Assembly: GCA_028534125.1 (NCBI GenBank)
Contig: CM052826.1
Coordinates: forward strand, 14,198,001 to 14,262,000
Source of the DNA: Lama glama
Lineage: Eukaryota
DNA: 64,000 bases
Direction of reading: 5' to 3'
Under the pieces are notes generated by a model, which saw nothing but the letters and a program-made list of their open reading frames with translations, did no database searches and had not been told where the DNA came from. The translations under genes were made by a program, and so were the position numbers. Below, piece after piece: positions 26,101 through 38,100 of this stretch. Positions within the stretch are counted from its first letter, which is position 1. The number at the start of each line of letters is the position of its first letter.

Positions 26101-29100
26101 GGAACCACCTCTGTAGGAGTCATTAGGGGCACACATAAGATTGAGCCACAGGGGTGCTTGTTGCTGTGTCACAGGGACAATTTGGAAAGCCCGGAATGTG
26201 GCAGGCAGGCTGGGGTCGTGCAGTCTCTTCCAGAGCAGCTCCTGGAAAGGAAGTAGGTGCTTAGAAAGCACCCCGGGTTTGGAGTTGAGGAAGTGAGGGT
26301 CTCCCAGTGGGCAGAAGAGGCTGCTTTGCTCTGGGAAGTCATGTTCAGCCATTCAGCAGTAACTCTTTACCTCAAGTATATTTTATTCTGAGGGTTCCCT
26401 GGGAAATAGAAATAACAAAGAAAACGAAACAAATGTTCTGAAAACCTCTCTGGCCAGAGAGCCTGGCTAGTTGGAGTTTGGTTCCTGTGTGTGCCTGTTT
26501 TGTCTTGTTTTTATCTGAATGCAATATCAAGTGCTTCCCCCCCCCTCGTTTCACCCCAATCCGGGACTTGATTTGTCTAATCAAAGCTCCCACCTGCACC
26601 ACAGATCTGGGGGAGAGCTGCAGGCCAACTTGGGACAGATTTCAAAGGGGGTTGATTTAAGAGCTCTGGCCCTAGAACTGACCCACTCGTAGCAGAACCA
26701 ACACCCCCTCTTGGGCATCAGGCCTCAGAGGCAGATGTCGGCCCCTCCAGTGCTCAGCACCATCTCGGATGGGACAAGCCTGTTTGCTGCTCCAGGTCCG
26801 TCTGTGCATCTGTGCACACAGGCACATGCTTCAGTTGATGGCAGCTCCCTCTGCCTTCCTGTAACTAGGAGTTGATGCTGACATCAAGCACACCCAAACC
26901 TGCCACTTTCAGGCCAGCTGAGGGCCTATGGGCAGCCGAGACTTGGTCCAGAAGGCACATGTACTGCTGAGTAGGGGCTGTGTTTCAGGCCATGTTTTGG
27001 AACACATGTCGAGCCCTCTGCTGTCACAGAGAAAGCAGCGCATTCCTGGGCTGTTCATGCCCAGCGGGCTGGTTTTCCTGCTGGTTTCCAGTGACTGGTA
27101 GCCATTAACCAGCATCATTAACCAGCAGCAAAACAGCCTGTTAACAAGAGGATTCCGTGAGTGGTGGTGCCATGAACCTGGGGAGGGGCTGGGGCTGCGA
27201 GAACCTGCCATACCAGGCTCCAAGCAAGCCCCCCATCCCCTGCACCGTCCTGGGGCCCCAGTAGCTGCACAAACCGTCCTCTGGGCTCTGTGCCATGACT
27301 CCTCCAAGATTCTGAAAGTGGCCAGACATGCCCATGTGGAAAACGTCCTCACGGGGTAAAAGGATCGCAGTGAAGGGTCGCCGCACCCTTGCCCAGAGAG
27401 GAGCGCCGTTGTGTCAGAACTCAGGCCATGCCCTCTTCTTTTGTCCTGGGGACGACAGCCCAGTGGGGGCTGTGGCACTCTTGGCAGCCAGTGCCCTCTG
27501 AGTAGACTGAGATGGAAAAAATGCCACCTAGGGAGGATGGGTCTCCGCCAGAGGCAGGACTTGATTAGGGAAAGGATTAAGGTAGATGGAGGAAAAGCCT
27601 CCCATGCTGGGGTTTAGCTACGTTGGCAGCGCCTTTTGATTTTGCTGACTTTGTGGTGCACGGGCTTCCTGCCGCATTCTAGGCGACTGCGTCAGTGTGC
27701 ACCTGACTGTGGACGCATCCCCCACTGTGACCCTCAGAAGCATCTGAGTGCTGGGTTTCCAGTTACTTCTCTGATGGAGAACAAAAGTTACATCTGCAAA
27801 GGAATGTGCAGATAGCACGGGGTGGCTACTAGTGCTGGACCAGGAGATGCCACCTGTGGGCAGGACCGAGCTCAACTGTCCAGAGCCATCCCCAGCCACA
27901 GGGCTCCAGCAGAGGCTGTGGATTGTGTTTGTGTGTGTGTTTTCCTGCCCGAGGTAAGTCACAGCAGGTAGTCAGGATTTGACTTTTTAGATGCTGAGTG
28001 TGAGCTGCTCCATCCCTTTTTGACCTTAATCAAAAAATCTGTTTGTGTTGAGATTAGAGCCTGCACTGCTGGCCAGGGCCAGCCTGGCATTGCCACCCTG
28101 CTGGCCTCACCTACCACTGGGCATGTGTCATGGGCGGGCCCTGCCCCCAGCTGCATCAGCACGGATAAGGACACTTGCCCTGCAGGAACAGCCTGAGGGT
28201 CAGGAGGGAGTGCTGGACAGACCCTGTGGCTGAGTGGGACTGGGCCATTGGGGTGACCTTTCTCATGGGCAGCATTCAGCCTGGGGTGGGGAGGTGGAGG
28301 ACAGGGATGGTTATCAGCCCAAGGTCATCTGCAGTCCCAGGACAGCTGGTGCAGATTGTCTGCCTCCCCAAGGCTGGGCTTTTCTTGCCCTGAGCAGCTA
28401 TGCCTGGGAGCTGCTCGGCAACGCCTTGGCTCTCACTGTTCATGTCGGGGGCCTCTCCTTGGAGCAGGGACTGGCTGTGCTTTGAGGGCGTCATGCGGCA
28501 TTTTGAGCTAACCCTGGGCGAAGTACTCCCTCAGCTTCTCTCGTGGGTCCTTGAGGGTCGGGGAATGGGAGCATCATCCCTCCCTGTGACCCAAGCTGCT
28601 GCATCCTTGGTCTCACAGACGAGGCTCAGATAGGCAGAGCTGCCTGCATTCACATGTGACAGCTGGGCATGGGGCGTTGGGGTGGGTTCAGCCCTGAGCC
28701 ACATTCTGTCCACCACTGGTGAGGTGTGTTAGTGTCCTCACATCATCAAAGAGGAAATGTGCTCAGTGTGCTGAGGTGGTGCGGCAGCCTGGGAGCAAGG
28801 CCTGAATGAAGCCTGCTGCCCACCCCTGTCCCAGTGCTGCCCCTGCTTGTTAACCACCCCCACCTTATGTGTCAGTCTAGCTGTGATGAACTCCTGTGTT
28901 CAAGCCCAGGGATTACTTTATGATGGGTCACCTCTGGTGACGGGGTTCTGGAGGCCCTTCCTGTGCCCACTCGGCCTGGCAGCCAGAGTGTGACATTTTC
29001 CTATTTGTGTTTTTCAGCAACTGCTCACCCCGTGTGGTTCACTCACCCAGTGTGGGCAGGGGGCAGAGGGTCGGCCTGGAGTAAAGTGTCCTCTGGGTGT

Positions 29101-32100
29101 CCTGTCTGCACTGAGCCCTGCACCTTGTCCAGGACTAGTGATGTATGTCTGTCTGCCAGCCAGGTCATCTTTCTGTTCTCCCCTGGGGGCTGTGGCTTTG
29201 CCTAGCTAGGCTGGAGCAGCGCTGTCTGAAGTCAGGGTCACGAAAATCATGATACACGCATCCTATGTCACAGTTTATTGGAGGCAAGTCCTGCCCATCT
29301 GTGAGCCCCTTAGGACCTGTGCCTGCCTTGTTCACAGACACCCAGGTGGAGGCTGTGTCCAGCGTGGAGGAGGTGGAGAGGGCGTTGCTCAGCAGGAGTG
29401 TGGGTCAGGGTATCTCAGCCGCTCAGCATGGCCTGCCTACTGCTGACACCTGTCTTCTCTCATCTCATCTGCACAGTTGTCCCAGACCAGATCTGCCCTG
29501 TCTGGTGGGGAAACTGAGTCACTGCCCAGATCGGGATGGGGTCCCTGCCTCTGGGTGTGTGCTGAGTGCTCTGTGCTTCTCAGACTGTGATGCCATCGCT
29601 GCTTAGAAACCAGACACAGGCCCACCACCCCCTCCCCCCGCGCTTGCATGGGAACCAAGGACCCTGAGCATTGCCGAGGGTGGGTGACATGGACAGGCTG
29701 CTAGTCTTGTCACTGTCAGGAAAACAAAAGTGCGTTTCAAAGGAACATGCTGCAGGGATGGGCCAGGTCCTGTGCTGGCCCACCATTTGGTTCCCTCTGT
29801 GCTGTGGACCTACTGGTAACATCCCACACTCTCCACACAGCACATCTCCATCCCCCAGCCTGACTGCCCCACGGAGGCACGGACATTCTCCTTCTACCTC
29901 TCCAACATCGGCCGTGACAGCCCCCAGGGCAGCTTCGACTGCATCCAGCAGTACGTCTCCAGGTGAGGCCTTGCCCTGGCTGCCCCAGGTCACCTGATGG
30001 ACAGACCCGCCTTCCCCTTCTTCTGCCATGGTGTCCCCCTACCCTAGCCTGCTGTGCACATGTTCACCCACCATCTCCAGCCCCAGTGTCCCTCTTCCCC
30101 CCGTCAGAAGAGTTGCCTTGGCTCCTTTCAGTGTTTCCAGGGCATAGGCACAGATCCTGGCATGCCACCTCCTGCCCAGGGACCCTGGTCCCCTTGTTCC
30201 TTTCGGGTCAAGATGTGCCGTGAAGAAACCCTGTTACTCAAGTCAGCACTAGGGACTATTTCCTGGCTGGGGATGGGGGTGGTGCAGGCCCTGAGACCAT
30301 CTCTCCCTGTCATCCCAGGTGTTAATCTCGGCTTCTGGCCCCTTGTCTTGCAGCCATGGGGATGTCCACTTGGACTGCCTGGGCAGCATCCAGGACAAAA
30401 TCACAGTGTGTGCCACTGACGACTCGTACCAGAAAGCACGGCAGAGCCTGGCACAGGCTGAGGAGGAGACACGGAGTCGAGGCGCCATCGTCATCAAGGC
30501 TGGAGGCCGTTACCTGGGTGAGGATCAGGGGCCAGGGGCTCCACCTGTGCGGGGTTTGTGCCTGCTGGGCAGCTGTTGGGGGAGCAAGAGAGACTCAGGG
30601 CCCATCCCCACTAGGAGCTGGAGTGATGGGTTGACAGAGGTGTAGCTGCAGGCAGGATGAGCTGGGTCAGTGTTGCGACAGGAAGCAAGATCCTTCCTGG
30701 GTGGTGTCTGCTGCCTTCAGAACCCCAAGGTGGTCTGAGGGGCCCTAGAACTTCTGGGATTCCAGTTCCTAGGGCCCTTCTCCCAGGCCGCAGCCTCAGG
30801 GGCTTCTGTCTGTCATGGAGACTCAACCTACACAAAGGCAGGGCTTTGGTCTGTCCTTCGGCTGCCACCACTGCCCTCACCTGCCCAGATGTCTCCTTCC
30901 CAAGGCTGACGTGGCCTGGACAAGGTGTACATGGTGAGATGCAGTCCACAGTGGGCGGCCTGCTGCTGTGTTGGGGCCAGCAAAGGACCCTAGGGTCAGC
31001 ACCAGGAAGGAAACGTGTTGATCCCTGCAAGGCTCTGGCAGCCCAGCATCAGCTTGGAAATAGCTTTGGCGAAGTTGAGACCCCGACATTCCAAGTAGGG
31101 AGAAAAGTACTGTTTATTTAGAAAATTTCATCATCCTGCTGCAGTCTTCCTACCTCCTGGACCCAGATGGAGTTAAAGAGTCATTGAAAGTCATTGCCAG
31201 GCAAGAAGGGCCTGAGGGAGGCGTGAAACGGCTTACAGCAAAGACCCTTGATGGCTTTGGGGGTTTTTTCTTCTTTAAGAAAAGGCAAGAACATTTCATA
31301 TTGCTTCAGAGAGCATGCAATTTCCCTTGCTTGGCAATGGGTTTGGCTCTGAGTTAAACCCCAGATGCTGGAGCAGGAGTCCGTCCTGCCTGTCAGCACT
31401 GGGCCCTGGTGGGCAAGACCATGAGTGCCCGGGGAGCCTGGGCTATAAGCTGCCCAACAGGTGCCACCCAGGGTCTAAAAGGGCTTCAACTGCCTGCTCT
31501 TGCCTCAGGATGGAAATGTGGACATTTGTACACATTTTAATAAATTTCTGGTTCTTTCAGCCAATAGCTTGGTCCAGAATTTTTTACTGTGCCACTTTGG
31601 GTACAATGAAGGTTTTTGCAGTGGTTTACGTTCCAGTGGAAACACTCGTCCTGGCCTCTGGAGCCGCAGATGTCCCCACCCCGGCTGTGTCAGGCCTCTC
31701 CCTCACCCCACGTTGGCCATCACCTGGCTTCTCTGGGGACGAAGTCTGGCCCTGAGGATTCTAAAAGCACTTCTTCCTGTGTTAATTTAACAAACAGATT
31801 TGAGGGATAAGTGCAAAAGGAAGGTCATCTTGGAGAGCTTTCTGGCCCAAGGATTTAAGATGTGCGCTGACTTTTCTCAGCCATCCTCGTTCCTGTGCTG
31901 GCAAGGATGCCGTCCAGGGTGGAGTTAATGACTTACGAATGGATGTGCCCCTCCCTGGAAAGCCGTACTGGAGGCTCTGTGGAGGAGCGTCTCATACATC
32001 TTCGCTTTACCCTGCTGCCCCCTAGGCTCCAAGCAGAGCCACGTCTGCCCGGGGAGTGCTTGGCAGGGCCACAGCTGGGAGCTGCTGCCATCGTGGGGTC

Positions 32101-35100
32101 TCCAGGGCAGATGCCCAGGCGGCTCTGACACCTTTACTCACTCCTCCTCTTTCATAAAAGAGAACTGGGGATCCCATGGGACCAGTGTAGTGCTGTGAAG
32201 TGCAGGCTCTGAAGGGGTTTGTGTCTGGCGATTCTGCGGACTCCCTTTTTGACATCAGCCCCCTCTTCCTGTAGGGGGTCAGGTGTTTTGGGTCCCCAGG
32301 ATTTAAGCTGCCCATGGTGAAGTCATTAAGGCTCTAAACACACTTCTGTTTCCTGTAGCTCCCACTTCTGAGACTGGGGCCCCTGCAAGTGCCCATTGAG
32401 CTGTGTGTGGTTAGCAGGTGGCACTCTCAGCTGCACAAGGTCTCCACTATGTGGGCCGGGCTGGATGAGGCTCAAATTGCCTTCCCCTTGGACTTGGTGA
32501 GAGCTTGAGGCTGTCAGCCATCCACCATCTGCAGGCGTCCATATGCTCGCTGGGGAACTTGTCGTCAGCCTCAGGCAGTGAGTGGGACATGGCGACCACC
32601 CCTTCACATCCTCCAGTCCCTAACGCCCTGGTTTTATTGCAGGCAAGAAGGTTCAATTTCGGAAACCAGCCCCAGGGGCAGTGGATGCTGTGCCCTCCCG
32701 GAAGCGGGCAACCCCTATCAACTTGGCAAGTGCCATCAAGAAGACCGGTGTCAGCAGTGTTAGTGGAGGCAGTGGGGTATCTCAGAGGCCCTTTCGTGAC
32801 CGGGTTCTGCACCTCCTGGCTCTGAGGCCCTATCGGAAGGCTGAGCTGCTACTGAGGCTGCAGAAGGACGGCCTGGTGCAGGCGGACAAGGACGCGCTGG
32901 ACGGCCTCCTCCAGCAGGTGCGTGCTTGCCTGGGGTCGAGCCAGGCTGGGGTGGGAGCATGGCGTTCACTGTCTAGGGTCCTCCTCACCAACTGCTGACA
33001 CACAGGCAGCAGGCAGAGCGTGGGGATCCAAGACTTCAGTACACAAAGTTTTTAGAATCCAATAAAGCCTGGGGAACCTACAAGTGTGAGTTAGCAAGAG
33101 CTTGGGCTTCACAGTCAGGGGGCCTCCTTGTTGCTCGCCAGTTGTGGCTTCGTGCCAGGGGCTTCGAGTCCAGACCCTCAGGCTTCTGTATGCAGCTGGA
33201 ACGTGACTACAGCACCTCTCTTCGGGTCAAGGGCTAAGTGGGTGGGAATGCCAACAGGTGGAGCCTGCTGTTAGCCAGGGCTTTGGAGTAAGAGCGGCAG
33301 CTTGAGGACCCCGGGGAAGGTGGGCCCCTGGGAAGGTGAGTGACTCACCCTGGCTTTACCACATCTCCTGGGCCATGTGGAAGCCGCTTGGCCTTGAAGT
33401 AGGGATGGGCTGCCTTAGAGCGCTGCTGTGAGGATCACATAGCTGGTAGCAGATGGTCCCGCCAGCATCCTGAGGAGACAGTATGGCCCAGGCCATGCCC
33501 TCCTGCTCCCCACCTGAGACACTCTGGGCACACAGATGGTGCCTCCTGTTGCAGAAAGTGCATGGCATGACCGTCATTAGCCATGTCTGAGGATGAACTT
33601 CCAACTTACCAGGTTCTTCAGCAGGCCTCTTGATGCTCCTCTTCCCCACCGCCAGTGCAGTCCAAGACTGGTGTGACCCCACAGCACGTCTGTTAGGATG
33701 TCAGTGTGGCTCTTGTTCCCCCATGCTCTGACTGGGGTCCTCAGGTTACCCGTTACCCACCCCTCTAGAGAGTTTGGGGCAAAGGGCAGGGGTGAAGAGG
33801 GAAAAGCCGCCTCTGTGAGTCTCCTGTGCAGGAAGGACAGAGCTGCGCTCTGAGCCTGATGCAGATCTGGACTGCCGCCCAGCCCCAGCCCTATCCACAG
33901 AGCAGGTGCCTTCCTCATCCCCCACCTACAGAGAATCCTCCTGTGTCCTGAGGGCTGAGCCTCACATTGCTGTCGGAGGCTCCCTTGTCTACTCCCTGGG
34001 TGCCTTTGTGTGGATTTGGCCTCCTAAGCCACTGTCCCTCATGTGGAGGTCGTGCTGGCAAGGACTGAGCAGCAGTGTTTCTCCTTCAAGCTTAGGAGTT
34101 GGCCCAGGGCCTATTAGAAGATAGATACATGGCTCTGTAGCCCAGAAGTTTTCTTTGGCAAAGGGGCTTGCCAAAGCATCCAGAAAGCTCCAGAACCAGA
34201 AACTACATTCCCAGGGTGCTCGTTTCCTTGGAAAAGTCACATGTGCCATCCTTGTCCTTGGGCATTCAGGAGAAGCACATGGAAGGCCCTTTCCCTGGGC
34301 TGGGGGCCACCTAGAGCCTCCTCCTGCAGCACAGGATGACTGAGGCAGGGCTGCAAGGGGCCTGACAGAGTCATCGGACATGAGCTGGGACTGAAGACAA
34401 GGGTGGGAGCCATGCCTGCCCTTGGCTGTGTGTAACCTGCATTGCTATCCAGCCGGGCCTTAGCCCCTAGTGTAGGGTTTTTAGAAATGCCCTCGCTCCT
34501 GCCCTCCTCTCTTGTTCTTCATGTGCCTGGGATAAAGAAGCATATGATACCCTCAGATGTGGAGTGTGAACCTTAGTTGACTGAGCACTTGGTTATACCT
34601 GAGATTTATCCACTGAGCAGCCCTCAGATGTGGCAGGGATGCTGGGCTTCGTTCTCTGGAGAGGGGAGTCTGGTGGTGCTGACTTGGTTCTGCCTGGGGC
34701 ACTTGCCCCATTTTTAACTCCTGGGATATTCTCGTTGCTCCTGACCCTTTCCTGGGACCAGAGAGGCACCGTGCTGGGCTCTGGCTTCTGTGGTCAACTT
34801 GGGTTTGGCAGCTTCTAGGGGGCAGCCCATCTGGTGTCTTGGGGCAGAGTCTCTGATTTCTCCTAAATGGCTCCATCTGCCTTGTGCTTCTGTGTTTACT
34901 CCCCAACTCGTTCTCCCCAACGATTGTGGGGGATGGCAGGGCCAGCCAGCTTGGGGGTGGGAAGGTACCGGGGTACCACAGGCTGCACCTCTCCCAGGAT
35001 GCTCATTCCCAGCACCCTCAAGTGACTGGGGACTCTGATGGAGCTGCGCTGCTCAAAGGCCCCTTCTCTCTTCCTTCTGTGAAAATCCAAAGGAAAGATT

Positions 35101-38100
35101 TAAGGCGTTTCACCTTCATGGTGGGAGTGTTGACTGGTGGGTGGCTGTTCTGGAGAGTATTTTAGCAAAACGTATCAAGAGCCATAAAAATGTTCAGAGC
35201 CTTTGACCCGCTAATCCCGCTTCTGGGAAGCTGGCCGAAGAAAACCATCACCAGCATGGAAAAACCTGCACAAGTGACATCTGTTTATGCTACAGTGAAA
35301 CGGGAAAGGGCGTCAGCGTCCAGCAAAGGAGAAACTTTGAGTAAATCATAGTGCAGCCATTTGGTGGAATATTACTCAACCATTAAAAAATGCTCCTTGT
35401 GGAAACCTCTGTGACGTGGAGTCCGTGTAGGCCCAGTAATAGTGAAAACCGCAGCTGCCATGCCAGCCGCACAGCTACACCCACAAGCTCTGGGGACTAG
35501 GGTGCCCAGAAAGACACTCAGGGAAGTGCCCATTTCGGGTCAGGAGCCTGAACTCCATCAAGCACCTTAAGGCAAATGTTTTAAATCCACCTCTGCAAAG
35601 GGTCTTGGAGGCAAGCTTTTGTTAACCAGCAGCAGGGCTTGCTGGTTGCAGGAAAGGTGAGCTCAGGCTGGCCCCTGGAAGCACGCTTCACCCAGCACTC
35701 CCAGCCTTGGCTGGCTCTGCTGCAGGAGCTGCAAATCCAAAAAGGGGTGGCGTTGTCCATTTGGGCTGCTGTAGACCTGGTAGCTTACACACCACAGACA
35801 CTTACNNNNNNNNNNNNNNNNNNNNNNNNNNNNNNNNNNNNNNNNNNNNNNNNNNNNNNNNNNNNNNNNNNNNNNNNNNNNNNNNNNNNNNNNNNNNNNN
35901 NNNNNNNNNNNNNNNNNNNNNNNNNNNNNNNNNNNNGGAGCCTCTTCTATAAAGACACTAATCCCATCATGATGGCCCCACCCTCATGACCTGATCACCT
36001 CCCAAAGGCCCCACTTCCTAATACCGTCACGTTAGATTAAGGAGGTTAAGATTTAACGTGGATTTTGGGAGGACAAAAAGGCATCATTCCACTTTCATGG
36101 TAGGAGTGTTGATGTGTGGGTGTGTTAGTCCACAGCAGAGGGATGGGTTGGCGATGAAGTCTTGGGAGTATAGGTGGCAGCCCCATTGTTTGGAGCCAGC
36201 CGGGCTTCCAGCAGGTGTAAGACATGTGCATCTGGACCTGCTGCACTTGGACCCGGCACGCACGGGAGCTGGGCGGGGGGTGCCCTATTTCCCATCACAT
36301 CTGTCTGTCTCAGCACCCCGCCCCCCATCAGATGCTTTCAGGAACATCTCTTTTGGGCTTCACACAAGGTAATGCTGGCTCTGTCTTGCAGGTGGCTAAT
36401 GTGAATGCCAAGGATGGCACGTGCACACTGAAGGACTGTGTGTACAAGGATGTGCAGAAGGACTGGCCTGGCTACTCAGAGGGGGACCAGCAGTTGCTGA
36501 AGCGGTTGCTCATCCGGTAATGCTGCCTCCCCATTTCTGGGCAGGTCCCCACCCCCTGGGCCTGGGGCACATCTTGTTCTGAGGATGCTGGGGTGGCCTC
36601 ACCTGGTCCTTGGGGCCTGCAGGGGTCTGTAGAGACTCTTTGTGGAGCCCACCTGAGTGCCCCACCACAGCCTTCTGCTTGGAGGGCATGAGTCACCATC
36701 TTTTTATTGTTTGTTTAAAAGTTTAATGGAGGTACTGGGGATTGAACCCAGGACCTTATGACCTCATGCATGCTAAGCGTGCACTCTACCACTGAGCTAC
36801 ACCTCTGACCCCCACGAGTCACCATCTTGAGCACCAAAATGCCCGGACAGAAGGCCTCAGTGGAGCAGACCATTCCTGCTGCCCCCTCCCTATCAAGCTG
36901 CTTTCTAAAACCTGTGCATCCTCAGAAGCTCTGCTGCAGGTGGTCCCCTTCTTAAAAAGAACCTCTCAAGAACGTGAAACAGGGAGAAACAAAGCAAAAC
37001 AAAACTCCCTGTAGACATGATTAAGCAGCATTAATTAAACACGTCCCCTCTCAGATTAATTGGGGCCCGAGGTCAGGAGTGGCCACGGTGGCTCTGGGGA
37101 GAAGTGGTTAAGTAGGCCCCCGGCTCAGGCAGGCAGTTAATGATTTCCTTCTCAGTTGATTCCTGGCTTGGGAGCACGGGCTGTGAAGTGCCCGTTCAGA
37201 GCAGCTTGACATGCTAATTAGCCCTTAAGTGATTTCTCAGGGACTTGGAGCTATTTGTGAAGTGGTGGTGGTGGTGTTTTTAAGTTTAGCTGTTTGAAGC
37301 AGTAATTGCATCTGGAAAGCAGAGCCTAGTTGGGGCCACCCTAGGTGAATCCTGAGTTCCTCTTTGGCCCTGCAGGGTCCTCACCTGCTGTCTCAGGGTC
37401 ACTGCTCTGGCTGTCTGGACGTCTCTGTATGCTCAGGAAGGCTGAGAGGAGATAGCCTTGGCAGGAGACGCTTCCCTCTCTCCCAAGTCCCCTCTCTGGG
37501 GGTCCTTTGTGGCCCCAGCAAAACACATTTCTGGTAGGCACGGCCACCTCCTACAGGTGTTTCCATCTGTCACATTTTTTTGGCAGAGGGTCTAGTATTA
37601 CGTAGTAGACTAGGCCTACATGAGTGCTTTTGAGGTGCTGAGGGACATGTGGTGGGGCACTGTGAGGCTGCTCCCTGCTTTCCTTCTTTCAGAGCCTCCC
37701 ACTAGGTGCCCCCTAGGGCCTTGGCCTCCCTGAGCTCCTGGGCAGGGGCATGGCCGAGAGCAAGCAGCCTGTGTGTGCGTGTGGCCTGTAGGAAACAGCA
37801 CCTGGGCTGAGTCTTGCAGGGTGTCAGGTGGGAGGTCCCCGGGGATGCGTACTCTGGTGCTCAGTGCAGTTCCAGGCCCGTGTTTCCTCCCGCAGTTTTT
37901 GGTCTGGGCCATCTAAGCGCTCTTGTCTGTCTACGTGGGCTGGGGAGCGGCCTTGCCGGAAGCCACGCGGGACGCTGACAGCACCTGTTGCCCTGGGTAG
38001 CTTGAACTGACTGGTATGCAGAGGTCAAGGTCAAGACCACGGATGCCCACAACCACCCGGTTTACCCTAAGCACCTGACTGTATGGCTTTTTTTCTTGTT

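Noticed and set aside
27103-27127. Short tandem duplications (cattaaccagca x2; also cagggtgaactct x2 at 45975-46000)
   Set aside because: Two-copy slippage duplications without spacers; not CRISPR-like and no functional evidence.
36368-36526. 10-bp direct repeat ggtaatgctg flanking ELL exon 6
   Set aside because: Short and partly explained by splice-site consensus; not evidence of exon mobility.
36722-36806. Functional tRNA-Ala gene
   Set aside because: Has an internal duplication, an A-rich tail and a TSD, so it is a SINE.
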